Below are positions 1 to 8,570 of a stretch of 49,109 nucleotides of DNA, in pieces. This DNA is from Candidatus Tepidiaquacellales bacterium OLB5 (GTDB taxonomy: Bacteria > Bacteroidota > Ignavibacteria > Tepidaquicellales > OLB5). The stretch covers positions 1-49,109 of the forward strand of contig LLZO01000084.1 in assembly GCA_001567545.1 (NCBI GenBank), read 5' to 3'. Position 1 is the stretch's first letter. Each line of letters opens with the position of its first letter. A program made the position numbers and the translations under genes. Under the pieces are notes generated by a model. The model ran no database searches, had not been told where the DNA came from, and saw nothing but the letters and a program-made list of their open reading frames with translations.

Positions 1-124
1 GAGAGGGGAGCAAATATTCTGAATGAATTTAGCTCCGGTAGGAGCGGCATGTTTGTAGAAATTATAAACCCAAATTTCAGAGCTCCGTCAGGAGCGAAAT
101 GTAAATATCTGCAATAATGAAACA
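1..124. repeat. Hairpin-containing degenerate intergenic repeat: two full copies (31-52, 81-102) and a probable truncated copy at the window edge (7-17)
   Basis: AGCTCCGGTAGGAGCGGCATGT (31-52) and AGCTCCGTCAGGAGCGAAATGT (81-102) are 18/22 identical. Each contains a GCTCC-N4-GGAGC stem-loop. GGAGCAAATAT at 7-17 resembles the 3' half of the unit. Confidence 0.6.
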
Positions 125-197
125 TTGAATATTATATTCAAATTATAGATTATTAATCTAAATTAAATTATTTTAGTAAAAATATTATAATAAAAAA

Positions 198-548
198 ATG
201 AGCATAAAATATCTGATAAGTATAATTATCCTGCTGTTTGCAGCAGCAGCATGCAATATTGTTGAAAAAGAAGTTAATAAATTAACCGGTCACGATGAAG
301 AAAAGATAAAACGGCTGAAAAAAGAAGGCGTTAAGTGTGAAGCCGAAATATTAAAAGTTGAAGATATGAACATCACGGTAAATAAAAACCCGATGGTCAG
401 ATTATTTCTTGAAGTTATGCCGCCGGGCGAGCCTTCATTTGATGCACAGGTTGAAATGGTGGTATCCAGAGTAAATATTCCGAGGAAAGGTGATAATGTG
501 ACTGTTTATTTTAATCCAAAGGATAAGACTGATATTATAGTGGAATAG
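198..548 (+). CDS. Hypothetical small lipoprotein or secreted protein
   Basis: 116-aa ORF. The N-terminal hydrophobic stretch ends in a lipobox-like LFAAAAC. No catalytic motif recognised. Confidence 0.55.
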   Translation: MSIKYLISIIILLFAAAACNIVEKEVNKLTGHDEEKIKRLKKEGVKCEAEILKVEDMNITVNKNPMVRLFLEVMPPGEPSFDAQVEMVVSRVNIPRKGDNVTVYFNPKDKTDIIVE

Positions 549-552
549 ACAT

Positions 553-588
553 TGATTACCCTGATTTACCTGATTTACTTGATTTTAT
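553..588 (+). repeat. Tandem 9-mer array, 4 units (TGATTACCC TGATTTACC TGATTTACT TGATTTTAT)
   Basis: Read directly from the sequence. It starts 5 nt after the TAG stop of the 198-548 ORF. Confidence 0.8.
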
Positions 589-639
589 TAGTAAGGGATT
601 TCATTTGAATATTTTAAATTAGCTAACCCTTTTGATAAT

Positions 640-688
640 TCACGTTTCACGTGTCACATTTCACGTTTCGCATTTCACGTTTCACGAT
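640..688 (+). repeat. Tandem heptamer array, 7 units of TCACGTT (TCACGTT TCACGTG TCACATT TCACGTT TCGCATT TCACGTT TCACGAT)
   Basis: Read directly from the sequence. It lies 84-132 nt upstream of the glyQS ATG. Confidence 0.85.
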
Positions 689-771
689 TGGTATTTGCTT
701 CACCATTTTTTGATATTTTTCAAACAGTTATCTTTGCACTTTACGTAAAATTTTAATAATAAATATTATAA

Positions 772-2268
772 ATGAGTCAGGAACAGAAGAATAAGCAGTC
801 AGAAAGTAAGCAAACAGGCGGCGGAGCCGCAGCAATGGATAAGATCGTTTCACTTGCCAAAAGGCGCGGGTTTGTATTCCAGTCATCTGAAATTTACGGC
901 GGTTTGAACGGCTGCTGGGATTACGGTCCGCTTGGCGTTGAGCTGCTTAATAACATCAAACAGGCATGGTGGCAGGCTATGACGTTCCGCGATGATGTTG
1001 AAGGACTTGATGCATCAATCCTGATGCACCCTAAGGTGTGGGAAGCTTCAGGGCATGTGGAAAATTTCACCGACCCGATGGTTGACTGCAAGCAATGCAA
1101 GGCGCGTTACAGGGTTGACCTGCTTTTTGAAATGCTCACCAAAAAGAACAAAAAGCATATTGAAGATAAAATAAAAACCGTTTTGGGTTATGAAGATGCA
1201 TCAGCAAACCAGGATTCCATAAATAATTATTTTGCAGATAACATTAATCTGTTTATTTCTGAAATTACCTGCCCAAGCTGCGGAAACACCGGTACATTCA
1301 CCGAAGCACGCAAATTCAACCTGATGTTTAAAACATACATGGGCGCAATTGAAAGCGCTGATTCAATTGCATACCTTAGACCCGAAACAGCGCAGGGAAT
1401 TTTTGTGAATTATAATAATGTAAAGGAATCAACCCGGCAGAAGCTGCCGTTTGGTATTGCGCAGATAGGAAAGGCTTTCCGCAATGAAATTAACACCAAA
1501 AATTTCCTTTTCCGCACACGCGAGTTTGAACAAATGGAAATGCAGTATTTTGTTAAACCCGGCAGTGATGATGTGCTGTATAATGAGTGGAAAGAACGCC
1601 GCATACAGTGGTGGCAGGAGCTTGGTATTAAAAGGGAAAACCTGAACTTTGCTCCGCATCCCGCTGATAAGCTGGCGCATTATGCTAAAGCTGCTGTTGA
1701 TATTGAATTTAAGTTTCCTTTTGGCTTTGGGGAAATTGAAGGAATCCACAACCGAAGTGACTATGACTTAAGCCAGCATACAAAGTTCAGCGGCAAAAAG
1801 CTGGATTATTTTGATGACCAGACAAAGGAAAGGTTTATTCCCTATGTGATTGAAACATCAGCGGGCGCATCGCGCGGATTTATGGCTTTCCTCTGCAATG
1901 CTTATGATGAAGATACCGCTCCGACAAGCGAAGGAAAATCAGAAGCGCGCACTGTGCTGCATTTTCATCCCAAGCTTGCACCAATTAAATGCGCTGTATT
2001 TCCATTGGTGAATAAAGACGGGCTGCAGGAGCTATCACGGGCTATTACTGATGACCTGCAGAAAACATTTAAGGTGTTTTATGATGATTCAGGTGCCGTA
2101 GGCAGGCGTTACCGCAGGCAGGATGAATGCGGAACTCCGTTTTGTGTTACCATTGATTATGATACATTAAAAGATGATACAGTTACAATCCGCGACCGCG
2201 ACAGCATGCAGCAGGAACGGATTCATAAAGATAAGATTAAGATGTATGTGATGGAAAAAATGTTGTAG
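772..2268 (+). CDS. glyQS: Glycine--tRNA ligase (alpha2-type GlyRS)
   Basis: 498-aa ORF with class II GlyRS hallmarks: [61 protein letters not shown]. The Cys-pair insertion is CKQCK...CPSCG and the anticodon-binding tail is [19 protein letters not shown]. Confidence 0.95.
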   Translation: MSQEQKNKQSESKQTGGGAAAMDKIVSLAKRRGFVFQSSEIYGGLNGCWDYGPLGVELLNNIKQAWWQAMTFRDDVEGLDASILMHPKVWEASGHVENFTDPMVDCKQCKARYRVDLLFEMLTKKNKKHIEDKIKTVLGYEDASANQDSINNYFADNINLFISEITCPSCGNTGTFTEARKFNLMFKTYMGAIESADSIAYLRPETAQGIFVNYNNVKESTRQKLPFGIAQIGKAFRNEINTKNFLFRTREFEQMEMQYFVKPGSDDVLYNEWKERRIQWWQELGIKRENLNFAPHPADKLAHYAKAAVDIEFKFPFGFGEIEGIHNRSDYDLSQHTKFSGKKLDYFDDQTKERFIPYVIETSAGASRGFMAFLCNAYDEDTAPTSEGKSEARTVLHFHPKLAPIKCAVFPLVNKDGLQELSRAITDDLQKTFKVFYDDSGAVGRRYRRQDECGTPFCVTIDYDTLKDDTVTIRDRDSMQQERIHKDKIKMYVMEKML

Positions 2269-2270
2269 AA

Positions 2271-2326
2271 GGTTAAAAGGTAAGTAGGTAAGTAGGTGAG
2301 TAGTTAAGTAGGTTATTAGGTAAGAA
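2271..2326 (+). repeat. Tandem octamer array, 7 units of GGTAAGTA (GGTTAAAA GGTAAGTA GGTAAGTA GGTGAGTA GTTAAGTA GGTTATTA GGTAAGAA)
   Basis: Read directly from the sequence. It starts 3 nt after the glyQS TAG stop and contains no C. Confidence 0.85.
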
Positions 2327-2345
2327 AATCCGAAAAAAGATAATA

Positions 2346-2372
2346 AAGAGACGGCTCAGCAGGTCGTCTCTT
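2346..2372. terminator. Hairpin between convergent glyQS and the PD40-propeller gene (probable bidirectional terminator)
   Basis: AAGAGACG (2346-2353) pairs with CGTCTCTT (2365-2372) around an 11-nt loop. A T-rich tract follows on the + strand. Confidence 0.55.
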
Positions 2373-3333
2373 AATTTTTAAGTAAACTTTTCTTTTCTAT
2401 AAACACCGGTGAAAGCTGTGACTTATAAGTAATATCGGTAAGTTGTTTCTGTTCTTTTGTTACCCAATTCATCAATGTTATATGGAACTGTGTTTCTTCG
2501 GGGTCAGAGCTGTTGAAAACCAGCCACTTGCCGTCCTGACTCCAGTCATGCCAGCCTTCAGCTATAGTGTTATCAGTAAGTTTCCAGCTTTTTTTGCCAT
2601 CGGGAGTAACGGCAAAAATACTATGCCTCCCGTCCTGTTTTGAAACATATGTAATGAAATTTTCAGTCGGGTGCCATTTTGATGCACCTGCCCTGTAGCC
2701 GTATTCCTTTGCTGATGGATTATCTTCAGGATATTGTGTTACCTGTGTCATGCCCGTTCCGTCATCATTCATAAGAAATAATTCTTCATGCGTACCTTTA
2801 TTTCTTTTTTCCTTTTTATAACTGAAAACTATTTGTCTGCCGTCCGGCGAAAAACACGGGTCAAAATGCATTGCAGCGGTATCATTTGTAATCTGTCTGT
2901 ATTCACCTGAAATAGTTTTAATAATAAACAGCTGGTATCTTACCGAACCGGTCCTGCCGGTAACTATCATTTCTTCCCCGTTATTCCTGCTGCTCATCCA
3001 GCTGTCTTCAAGCTGAAGTCCGCTTACTTTCCTGATATTTTTTCCGTCAGAATCGCATTCATACAGAAAAAAACAGCGGTAGCAGGTATCCCTGTCGCTT
3101 ATAAAGAACAGCCTGTTTTTATAAGCATAATACGTCCATGCAACATCAAAGTTATTTGTAATATTCTTTTTACCGCTTCCATCCATGTTCATCGTAAATA
3201 TATCATAATCATCCCTGGCTGTATCAGGAATGTGAACGTTATATGCTATTGTATAATTCTGAGCATTGCTGTGTAAAACAGAAATGAGTGTTATCAGGAT
3301 TACAGCAGATATTCTGAATTTATTCAATTTCAT
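2371..3333 (-). CDS. TolB-like / PD40 (WD40-like) beta-propeller repeat protein, secreted
   Basis: 320-aa ORF with a signal-peptide-like N-terminus. Repeated PD40-type motifs: SPDGRQIVFS, LFLMNDDGTG, FAVTPDGKK, SQDGKWLVFNS. Confidence 0.75.
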   Translation of the reverse strand: MKLNKFRISAVILITLISVLHSNAQNYTIAYNVHIPDTARDDYDIFTMNMDGSGKKNITNNFDVAWTYYAYKNRLFFISDRDTCYRCFFLYECDSDGKNIRKVSGLQLEDSWMSSRNNGEEMIVTGRTGSVRYQLFIIKTISGEYRQITNDTAAMHFDPCFSPDGRQIVFSYKKEKRNKGTHEELFLMNDDGTGMTQVTQYPEDNPSAKEYGYRAGASKWHPTENFITYVSKQDGRHSIFAVTPDGKKSWKLTDNTIAEGWHDWSQDGKWLVFNSSDPEETQFHITLMNWVTKEQKQLTDITYKSQLSPVFIEKKSLLKN

Positions 3334-3905
3334 TTTTTATGTGTTCTGTTATAAGATGTTTCAAGTAATTTCATTATTTCTTTATCTAGCTGTTTGATTT
3401 CGGTAATTTCTGCCATATGAGAAATTCTTGGCATTGGTCCGGTTAATTTTGATTTTTGTATCTTTTCATTATACGGCAAATCACCAAGATCCATTCCAAG
3501 CCGCAGCATGCCTTTTTTTACATTAACTGCAGCAAATTCCCTTACCGCAGTGAATGAAAGATAAGTTTTTTTTGGAATTAATTGTGTGCCTGCAAAGTTT
3601 CCGGTAATTTTTTCCGATAATTCATCAAACAGTTTCCGCATTTCAGGAAATTTAGTGAACTGGCTTTCAAGCAGGTTATCCTGATCAATATACACAGGTT
3701 TGCCGTTGTTCAGATAAATACCTGTAATAAGCTGTGCGTGCATATGGTTGATTCCGTGGCCTTTTTTCAGCCATTCCAGTATATCGTTTCGTTTTTCTAT
3801 ACCGGATTTTTTAATAAGGCTCAGCCAGTCATTAATACTTTTTCCTGTTTTTTCCTTTGCGCTATCAAGGAATTCTTTTTCAATTTCACCTGATGTTTTT
3901 GCCAT
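3330..3905 (-). CDS. DUF4287/DUF5655-like protein
   Basis: 191-aa ORF. The N-terminus (EKTGKSINDWLSLIKKSG...WLKKGHGINHMHAQLI) resembles DUF4287, and the C-terminal half resembles DUF5655. There is a 4-nt overlap with the downstream propeller gene. Confidence 0.55.
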   Translation of the reverse strand: MAKTSGEIEKEFLDSAKEKTGKSINDWLSLIKKSGIEKRNDILEWLKKGHGINHMHAQLITGIYLNNGKPVYIDQDNLLESQFTKFPEMRKLFDELSEKITGNFAGTQLIPKKTYLSFTAVREFAAVNVKKGMLRLGMDLGDLPYNEKIQKSKLTGPMPRISHMAEITEIKQLDKEIMKLLETSYNRTHKK

Positions 3906-3908
3906 AAA

Positions 3909-4316
3909 TTATCTCCATGCTCCTAAAATTAAACCAACTAATGAAAAATAAATTATAATATAACCTCCGTTTATCAATATATATTTCCATGAACGCATTT
4001 CAAAAAGAGCAATAACGGTAAAAATCAGTGCAGAAAATCCAAACCCTGCAAGGAATCCTGCCGTGAGTCCCCACATCATATCTGTTTTTGCATCACCAAG
4101 GAAAAATGCAAGATTGTAACAGATTATCAGTGATAAAATTACTGTCAGGGAGTATGTCTTTGCAGGATTTACATTTTTTACATTTGCATCAGTAAAGTTG
4201 TTTTCTTTCATCCAGGCCTTGTAAAATAAAAGCGGCGAATACCACAATGCTCCCAATGCCAGATTTAAAAATGCACAAACTAAAACAGCCAAATGATTGA
4301 TATAGATGTTTTCCAT
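3909..4316 (-). CDS. DUF1761 family membrane protein
   Basis: 135-aa ORF with four hydrophobic segments and a GALWYSPLLFYKAWMKE motif typical of DUF1761. Confidence 0.6.
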   Translation of the reverse strand: MENIYINHLAVLVCAFLNLALGALWYSPLLFYKAWMKENNFTDANVKNVNPAKTYSLTVILSLIICYNLAFFLGDAKTDMMWGLTAGFLAGFGFSALIFTVIALFEMRSWKYILINGGYIIIYFSLVGLILGAWR

Positions 4317-4393
4317 AGTTTTTTTAACGAAAATAATTAACCGTAATTTGTTTGTATTGGAAAAAATTTACCTGCAGTAAAGCTAAATGTAAC

Positions 4394-5212
4394 TCAGCCA
4401 ACAGCAATATAATTTGTAAATTCGCTTTTCTGCTGAGTATATTCCCGAGGGGTGAAGCCTGAAAATTGTTTAAAATCATTTATAAAATGTGCCTGGTCAT
4501 AATATCCGCAGTCATATGCAACAGAAGACCAGTCGGTAAATTTCCCTTTACTTATGCTGTTAACAGCTTTCTGGAACCTGATCACTTTCAGGAAAGCATT
4601 TGGTGTCAATCCAACATGTTCCTTAAATATTTTTATTAAATGCTTTTGTGAATAACCGCAATTGTTTACAATTTCATTTAATGCTGATTTCTCCGGAGCA
4701 TTTGTTATAGCTGTTACAGCAAAATTTATAAATGGATTCATTTTCAGTCTGCTGCCGAATGTTTTTATAAGAATTTTTTCAGTGTAACGGAATTTATTAT
4801 CAATATCAGAAATAACGAGTAATTTTTCCCTTAAGTTAAGTATTTTATTAGTAAGCACAAGCTCGCCGTCTATTACATAATCAGTCAGTTCATTTAGCGG
4901 CATTTCAACGAAAGGGTAAGCCATACCTTTATGGAAATTGATTATAAACATTTCGCTGTCTCTGCCTGAGGGAATTGTAATGTACCTGCTGCGGATACCG
5001 GAAAACCATACGTTTCTGCAAGCCTGAATTTCCTTTAATGTGTGATTATCGTAAATAAATTTTGGATAATCGGTAAGGTCTATAACAACATTTATGTTTC
5101 CGTCAGGCAGAAAGCGGTCAACACTATGAACAGGGTTGTAATCTTTGTAATAAATAAAGCTTTCTATAAAAAGGTTTAGCGGATATTTTGGTATGTGAAG
5201 CTTAAATATCAA
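4394..5212 (-). CDS. AraC family transcriptional regulator
   Basis: 272-aa ORF with a C-terminal double HTH: NNCGYSQKHLIKIFKEHVGLTPNAF ... AYDCGYYDQAHFINDFKQFSGFTPREY. Confidence 0.85.
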   Translation of the reverse strand: MIFKLHIPKYPLNLFIESFIYYKDYNPVHSVDRFLPDGNINVVIDLTDYPKFIYDNHTLKEIQACRNVWFSGIRSRYITIPSGRDSEMFIINFHKGMAYPFVEMPLNELTDYVIDGELVLTNKILNLREKLLVISDIDNKFRYTEKILIKTFGSRLKMNPFINFAVTAITNAPEKSALNEIVNNCGYSQKHLIKIFKEHVGLTPNAFLKVIRFQKAVNSISKGKFTDWSSVAYDCGYYDQAHFINDFKQFSGFTPREYTQQKSEFTNYIAVG

Positions 5213-5827
5213 AATTTTTAGATAATTATTATTAATAATTTTTACAAAGATAATATAAATTTATAAAAATCACATAAATTAAATTTTTAACAGGTGACAG
5301 AAAATAAATAACCCTGCATCTTCAGTAAACAGGAAAAGCTGGATTATTGAAATAAAAAGTTTTTATGTAAATTTATCCCGGTACTGACATAACTGTCTTT
5401 ATAGTGTTGTCAGATATGACCGGAAGAAAATTTTTATATACATTTACACTATTATAATTCTGATTATTTTCTGGCATATAAATTGTAATTTGGTAAAACG
5501 AAATCAGTTCTTTGTAATAACTATCAATATTATATATATTTTAATTATACCCGGTGAACTGAGCTGAAATATACGTGCGGGGTTAGAGCCTGTACATATA
5601 TTACAACATTGAAATATGAATACAGACGTTATCTGAAATAACAGGTTACTGAAGTATACATTAATGAACACGGTATATGACCGTTGATTCATAAATTTCA
5701 AAAAGGTTCACCGGGAATTTAAAGAGTATATTATCCCCAGTAATAAACTCATTTGTATTGCTTCTAATTTCCCGAATGGATAAAAAATTGTAACACTGGT
5801 GGTTACAAATTTTGGAATCCGTTCATT

Positions 5828-5862
5828 AAAAGGCAGCCTCAAACAAGGCTGCCTTTTCTTTT
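5828..5862. terminator. Orphan rho-independent-type terminator hairpin in a gene-free gap
   Basis: AAAAGGCAGCC (5828-5838) pairs perfectly with GGCTGCCTTTT (5847-5857) around an 8-nt loop, followed by CTTTT. The A-tract on the left makes it potentially bidirectional. Confidence 0.7.
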
Positions 5863-5997
5863 AACTATTGAAGCAATTGTTCCATTTACAGTATTTTAAT
5901 ATTTAGGTGCATAATTATATAAATTGAATGGAATTCAATTTTTTAGTAACTTTGAAATTACTCAAAAATTCGGTTTTTTTGGAAAAATTACTAATTA

Positions 5998-7290
5998 TTG
6001 AATAAAGTATTAATAATATCATATTATTTTCCCCCGATGGGTATGGGAGGTGTGCAGCGGACAGCAAAGTTTGCAAAATACCTTGGTCATTTTAACTGGC
6101 AGCCTTATGTACTGACTATTAATCCAAAAGTTTATCTGGCAAGCGATTACTGCCTGCTTCACGAAGTTGAAAACGCAGGTGTAAAAATTTACCGTACCGG
6201 AAAGAATGGTAATGGTGAAAAGAATTCTAACGGACATAAAGTAGTTAAGTTCAAAAATGATTCTAACCGTAAGCTGTTAAGCAATATTTCCCAGACATTT
6301 TTAATTCCGGATTCAAAGATATTCTGGAAATCAGCAGCAGTAGAGCTTGCTTCAAAAATTATTACTGATGAAAAAATTGACCTGATTTACGCAACGGCTC
6401 CGCCGTATACAGATTTTTTAATTGCATGTGAGCTTAAAAATAAGTTCGGTTTGCCGCTTGTGCTTGATTACAGAGATTCATGGATAGACTGCCCGAATAA
6501 TTATTATCCAACACCACTGCATAAAAGCAAACATAAAAAAATGGAAACCGGGGTTCTTAAAAATGCCGATAAGATCGTTACAATTAACGACAGGATAAAA
6601 GAGCTTATCCATTTACGTTATCCGTTTGTTGAAGATGAAAAAGTATCAGTTATCCCGCAGGGATATGACCCAGATGATTTTAATAATAACAGTGCTGCCG
6701 GAAAAAATAACAGGATGCGGATTACATATTCAGGAAGCTTTTTAAATTATTATACTCCCAAATACTTTCTTGACGGTTTGAAAAAAGCAACAGAGAAAAA
6801 CCCTGAGATCAAGGAAAACGTCGAAGCCTGTTTTATCGGAACATTTCCTGAAGAATATAAAGAATATATCACAAGGCTTGGATTAAATAACACCGTTAAT
6901 TTAGTTGGTTATGTAGAGCACTCTGCCTGCACAAATTTGTTAAGCCAAAGCGATGTACTGTGGATGATGATAAATAAAAGCAGCGCAAGCGACCTGCACT
7001 CAACCGGAAAGCTGTATGAATATTTCGGCGCTAATAAACCGGTTCTGGCATGTGTTCCTGATGGAGTTGCAAGAAGATCTCTTGATATGCATGGTGCTGC
7101 AATACTTACAGAACCTGAGGACAGTAATGCCATTGCTGAAGCTATTATAAAATTTTACAATAATTTTAAAGCCGGCACTATGCCTGTACCAAACAGCCAG
7201 GTTACCGGAATGTATGACAGAAAAAGACTTGCAGAAAAGCTGGCTAATGAGTTCGATATGCTTTTAAAACTTGAAGAGGTATCATCATAA
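5998..7290 (+). CDS. Glycosyltransferase family 4 (GT-B fold)
   Basis: 430-aa ORF with a TTG start. The N-terminus MNKVLIISYYFPPMGMGGVQR is typical of GT4, and the C-terminal half carries the nucleotide-sugar-binding style segment (STGKLYEYFGANKPVLA). Confidence 0.75.
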   Translation: MNKVLIISYYFPPMGMGGVQRTAKFAKYLGHFNWQPYVLTINPKVYLASDYCLLHEVENAGVKIYRTGKNGNGEKNSNGHKVVKFKNDSNRKLLSNISQTFLIPDSKIFWKSAAVELASKIITDEKIDLIYATAPPYTDFLIACELKNKFGLPLVLDYRDSWIDCPNNYYPTPLHKSKHKKMETGVLKNADKIVTINDRIKELIHLRYPFVEDEKVSVIPQGYDPDDFNNNSAAGKNNRMRITYSGSFLNYYTPKYFLDGLKKATEKNPEIKENVEACFIGTFPEEYKEYITRLGLNNTVNLVGYVEHSACTNLLSQSDVLWMMINKSSASDLHSTGKLYEYFGANKPVLACVPDGVARRSLDMHGAAILTEPEDSNAIAEAIIKFYNNFKAGTMPVPNSQVTGMYDRKRLAEKLANEFDMLLKLEEVSS

Positions 7291-8564
7291 TGAAAGTTCT
7301 TGTAATTGGCTCAGGAGGCAGAGAGCATGCGATAGTTTGGAAACTTATACAATCACCCAGGGTTACAGAAATTTTCTGCGCACCCGGTAATGCAGGAATA
7401 AATAAGACAACAAAAGGTGTGAATATTAAGGCAGATGATATTGATGGTCTTTTGATTTTTGCAAAGGAAAATAAAATTGAATTTACAGTTGTGGGTCCCG
7501 AAGTGCCGCTGGAAAAAGGAATCGTGGATTTATTTACAGCAAACGGTTTGTTGATATTTGGTCCCCAAAAGAGCGCTGCTAGATTGGAGCACAGCAAGAT
7601 TTTCGCGAAGGATTTCATGAAGCGTAATAATATACCAACAGCCGAATACGAAACATTTAACCTGAATGACGAAGCTAAAGTTAATGAATATATTGAGTTT
7701 GCCAAATATCCCCTTGTAATTAAAGCAGATGGCCTGGCTGCCGGCAAAGGAGTGATAATTTGCCAGGATAAGGATGAAGCTAAACAAACAGTGAAGGAAT
7801 TATTCAGTGATAAAATATTCGGTTCTGCCGGTGAAAATATTGTGATTGAAGAATTTCTCGAAGGGACTGAAGCATCTGTTTTTGCAATTTGCGACGGTGA
7901 AAATTATTTAGTTCTTCCTGCTTCACAGGATCATAAAAAGATAGGTGAAGGAGAAACAGGAAAGAATACGGGCGGTATGGGAGCGTATGCCCCGGCAGAA
8001 AAAGCTGTATCACACGAAACAATGAGTAAGATAAAACACCGGGTTATTGAACCTGTGATAAAGTATATGAAAGCTGAGGGAAGTGAGTTCCGCGGCTGCC
8101 TGTATTGCGGGTTAATGATAGATAAAAACAATAACCCGTATGTAATTGAGTTCAATACACGTTTTGGCGACCCGGAAACACAGGTTGTGCTGCCAAAAAT
8201 TAAAAGCGATCTTTGCGATATGTTCATTGCCTCAGCATCCGGTAATATACAAAGCTATAAACTTGAACTGAACGAAAATTATTATTGTACAGTAGTTCTT
8301 GCATCTGAAGGTTACCCGGATAAATATGAGACCGGAAAGGAAATTAAAGGATTGGACCGTATCAGCAGTGAAGCAATTGTATTTCATGCCGGTACAAGAG
8401 AAGAAAACGGTAAACTGCTAACTAACGGGGGCAGAGTTCTAAATGTAACCGGGTTTTCACCGATTGGTTTAAAAGAAGCAATAAATTTTGCATATCACAA
8501 TGCCGAAAGAATTAAATTTGAAAATAAATATTTAAGAGAGGATATAGGACTTAAAGGTCTTTAA
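7290..8564 (+). CDS. purD: Phosphoribosylamine--glycine ligase
   Basis: 424-aa ORF. MKVLVIGSGGREHAIVWKL, ATP-grasp core (VIKADGLAAGKGV), FNTRFGDPETQ. There is a 1-nt TAATG overlap with the upstream gene. Confidence 0.95.
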   Translation: MKVLVIGSGGREHAIVWKLIQSPRVTEIFCAPGNAGINKTTKGVNIKADDIDGLLIFAKENKIEFTVVGPEVPLEKGIVDLFTANGLLIFGPQKSAARLEHSKIFAKDFMKRNNIPTAEYETFNLNDEAKVNEYIEFAKYPLVIKADGLAAGKGVIICQDKDEAKQTVKELFSDKIFGSAGENIVIEEFLEGTEASVFAICDGENYLVLPASQDHKKIGEGETGKNTGGMGAYAPAEKAVSHETMSKIKHRVIEPVIKYMKAEGSEFRGCLYCGLMIDKNNNPYVIEFNTRFGDPETQVVLPKIKSDLCDMFIASASGNIQSYKLELNENYYCTVVLASEGYPDKYETGKEIKGLDRISSEAIVFHAGTREENGKLLTNGGRVLNVTGFSPIGLKEAINFAYHNAERIKFENKYLREDIGLKGL

Positions 8565-8570
8565 ATAATT

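Noticed and set aside
1-124. Possible CRISPR array at the left edge
   Set aside because: The units are only 22 nt and degenerate (18/22), the spacing is irregular (34 and 50 nt), and no cas genes are present. A dispersed hairpin (REP/MITE-like) repeat explains it better.
546-611. TAG read-through or recoding extending the 198-548 ORF through the in-frame 9-mer array, and the same idea for glyQS
   Set aside because: A glyQS read-through would hit TAA after 4 codons. The other extension is a short low-complexity LIY repeat ending at a TGA. Nothing else in the window suggests TAG reassignment, and TAA and TGA terminate ORFs at expected lengths.
549-771. T-box or glycine riboswitch leader upstream of glyQS
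   Set aside because: I could find no T-box consensus (no specifier-loop/AGAGA/T-box 14-mer-like sequence) and no glycine-riboswitch conserved core. The region is dominated by simple tandem repeats instead.
2271-2326. GGTAAGTA units match the eukaryotic 5' splice-site consensus
   Set aside because: All surrounding genes are unmistakably bacterial, with overlapping stop/starts, SD sites and rho-independent terminators. The resemblance is most likely coincidental.
5504-5701. 65-aa minus-strand ORF in the large intergenic gap
   Set aside because: It has low-complexity Ile/Phe/Asn-rich sequence in AT-rich DNA, no SD and no motif. It overlaps the inverted-repeat-bounded element, so I treat the region as non-coding or candidate RNA.
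7244-7747. 167-aa minus-strand ORF, plus other antisense ORFs inside purD, glyQS, meaB, pdxJ, cobB, lptB, the PgpH-like gene, S8 and the 1096-aa gene (for example 1429-1749, 9475-9912, 32812-33198, 33226-33609, 40243-40665, 16632-16871, 26104-26343)
   Set aside because: Each lies entirely or mostly opposite a strongly supported gene and has Ser/Pro/Ile-rich shadow-frame composition without motifs.
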